Assembly (NCBI RefSeq): GCF_001194135.2
Contig: NC_068983.1
Location: forward strand, 32,123,219 to 32,155,907
Length of the DNA: 32,689 nucleotides
Reading direction: 5' to 3'
Source: Octopus bimaculoides
Taxonomy: Eukaryota
Both the position numbers and the translations under genes were made by a program. The stretch's first letter is position 1, and each line of letters opens with the position of its first letter. This document shows, piece by piece, positions 32,389 to 32,689 of this stretch. The notes under the pieces were generated by a model. That model was not told where the DNA came from, did not search any database, and saw nothing but the letters and a program-made list of their open reading frames with translations.

Positions 32389-32689
32389 ATCATCATCATC
32401 ATCATTTAACGTCCGCTTTCCATGCTGGCATGGGCTGGACGATTTGACTGAGGACTAGCAAACCATATGCCTGCAACAGGCTCCAATCTGATCTGGCAGA
32501 GTTTCTACAGCTGAATGCCCTCCCTAATGCCAACCACTCCGAGAGTGTGATGGGTGCTTTTACATGCCACCGGCACGAGGGCCAGTTTGGCGGTACTGGC
32601 AATGGCCACGCTCAAATGGTGTTTTTTACATGCCGCCTGCATAGCAGTCAGTCCAGCGGCACTGGCAACGACCTCGCTCAAATGTTTTG
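32389..32689 (-). mobile_element. LINE-tail repeat, reverse orientation, runs off the window edge
   Basis: (cat)n ttaacgtccgctttccatgctggcatggg...gtttctacagctgaatgccctccctaatgccaaccactc, followed by ~60 bp units. Confidence 0.8.

Noticed and set aside
1-32689. CRISPR arrays, operons, true tRNA or rRNA genes
   Set aside because: The tandem units found are TE-internal degenerate minisatellites without unique spacers or cas genes. The tRNA-like boxes belong to SINE heads with no cloverleaf, and the DNA is eukaryotic.

Overview
AT-rich, microsatellite- and transposon-dense eukaryotic DNA from a gapped draft assembly. The repeat families resemble those of octopus/coleoid cephalopods; this is an inference from repeat recognition, not a database match. 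The one host gene I can support is a minus-strand, six-exon 3' portion (13359-31572; N-terminal exons beyond the window end) of a ribose-phosphate pyrophosphokinase (PRPP synthetase). It is the plant PRS3/PRS4-type class II enzyme rather than the usual animal PRPS1/2 class I. All five introns are GT-AG and the phases join into one open frame of about 257 codons. The rest is mobile DNA: three Helitrons (two with PIF1-helicase remnants), two mariners, several RTE-clade LINE fragments with a PHD-like Cys/His cluster after the RT, a 5'-truncated Penelope-like element (RT YIDD plus GIY-YIG) with a degenerate hammerhead-ribozyme motif, tRNA-type SINEs, LINE-tail repeats and a TTAA MITE. Most ORFs in the supplied track are microsatellite, N-gap or antisense artefacts. 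No prokaryotic features, CRISPR, rRNA or tRNA genes were seen.
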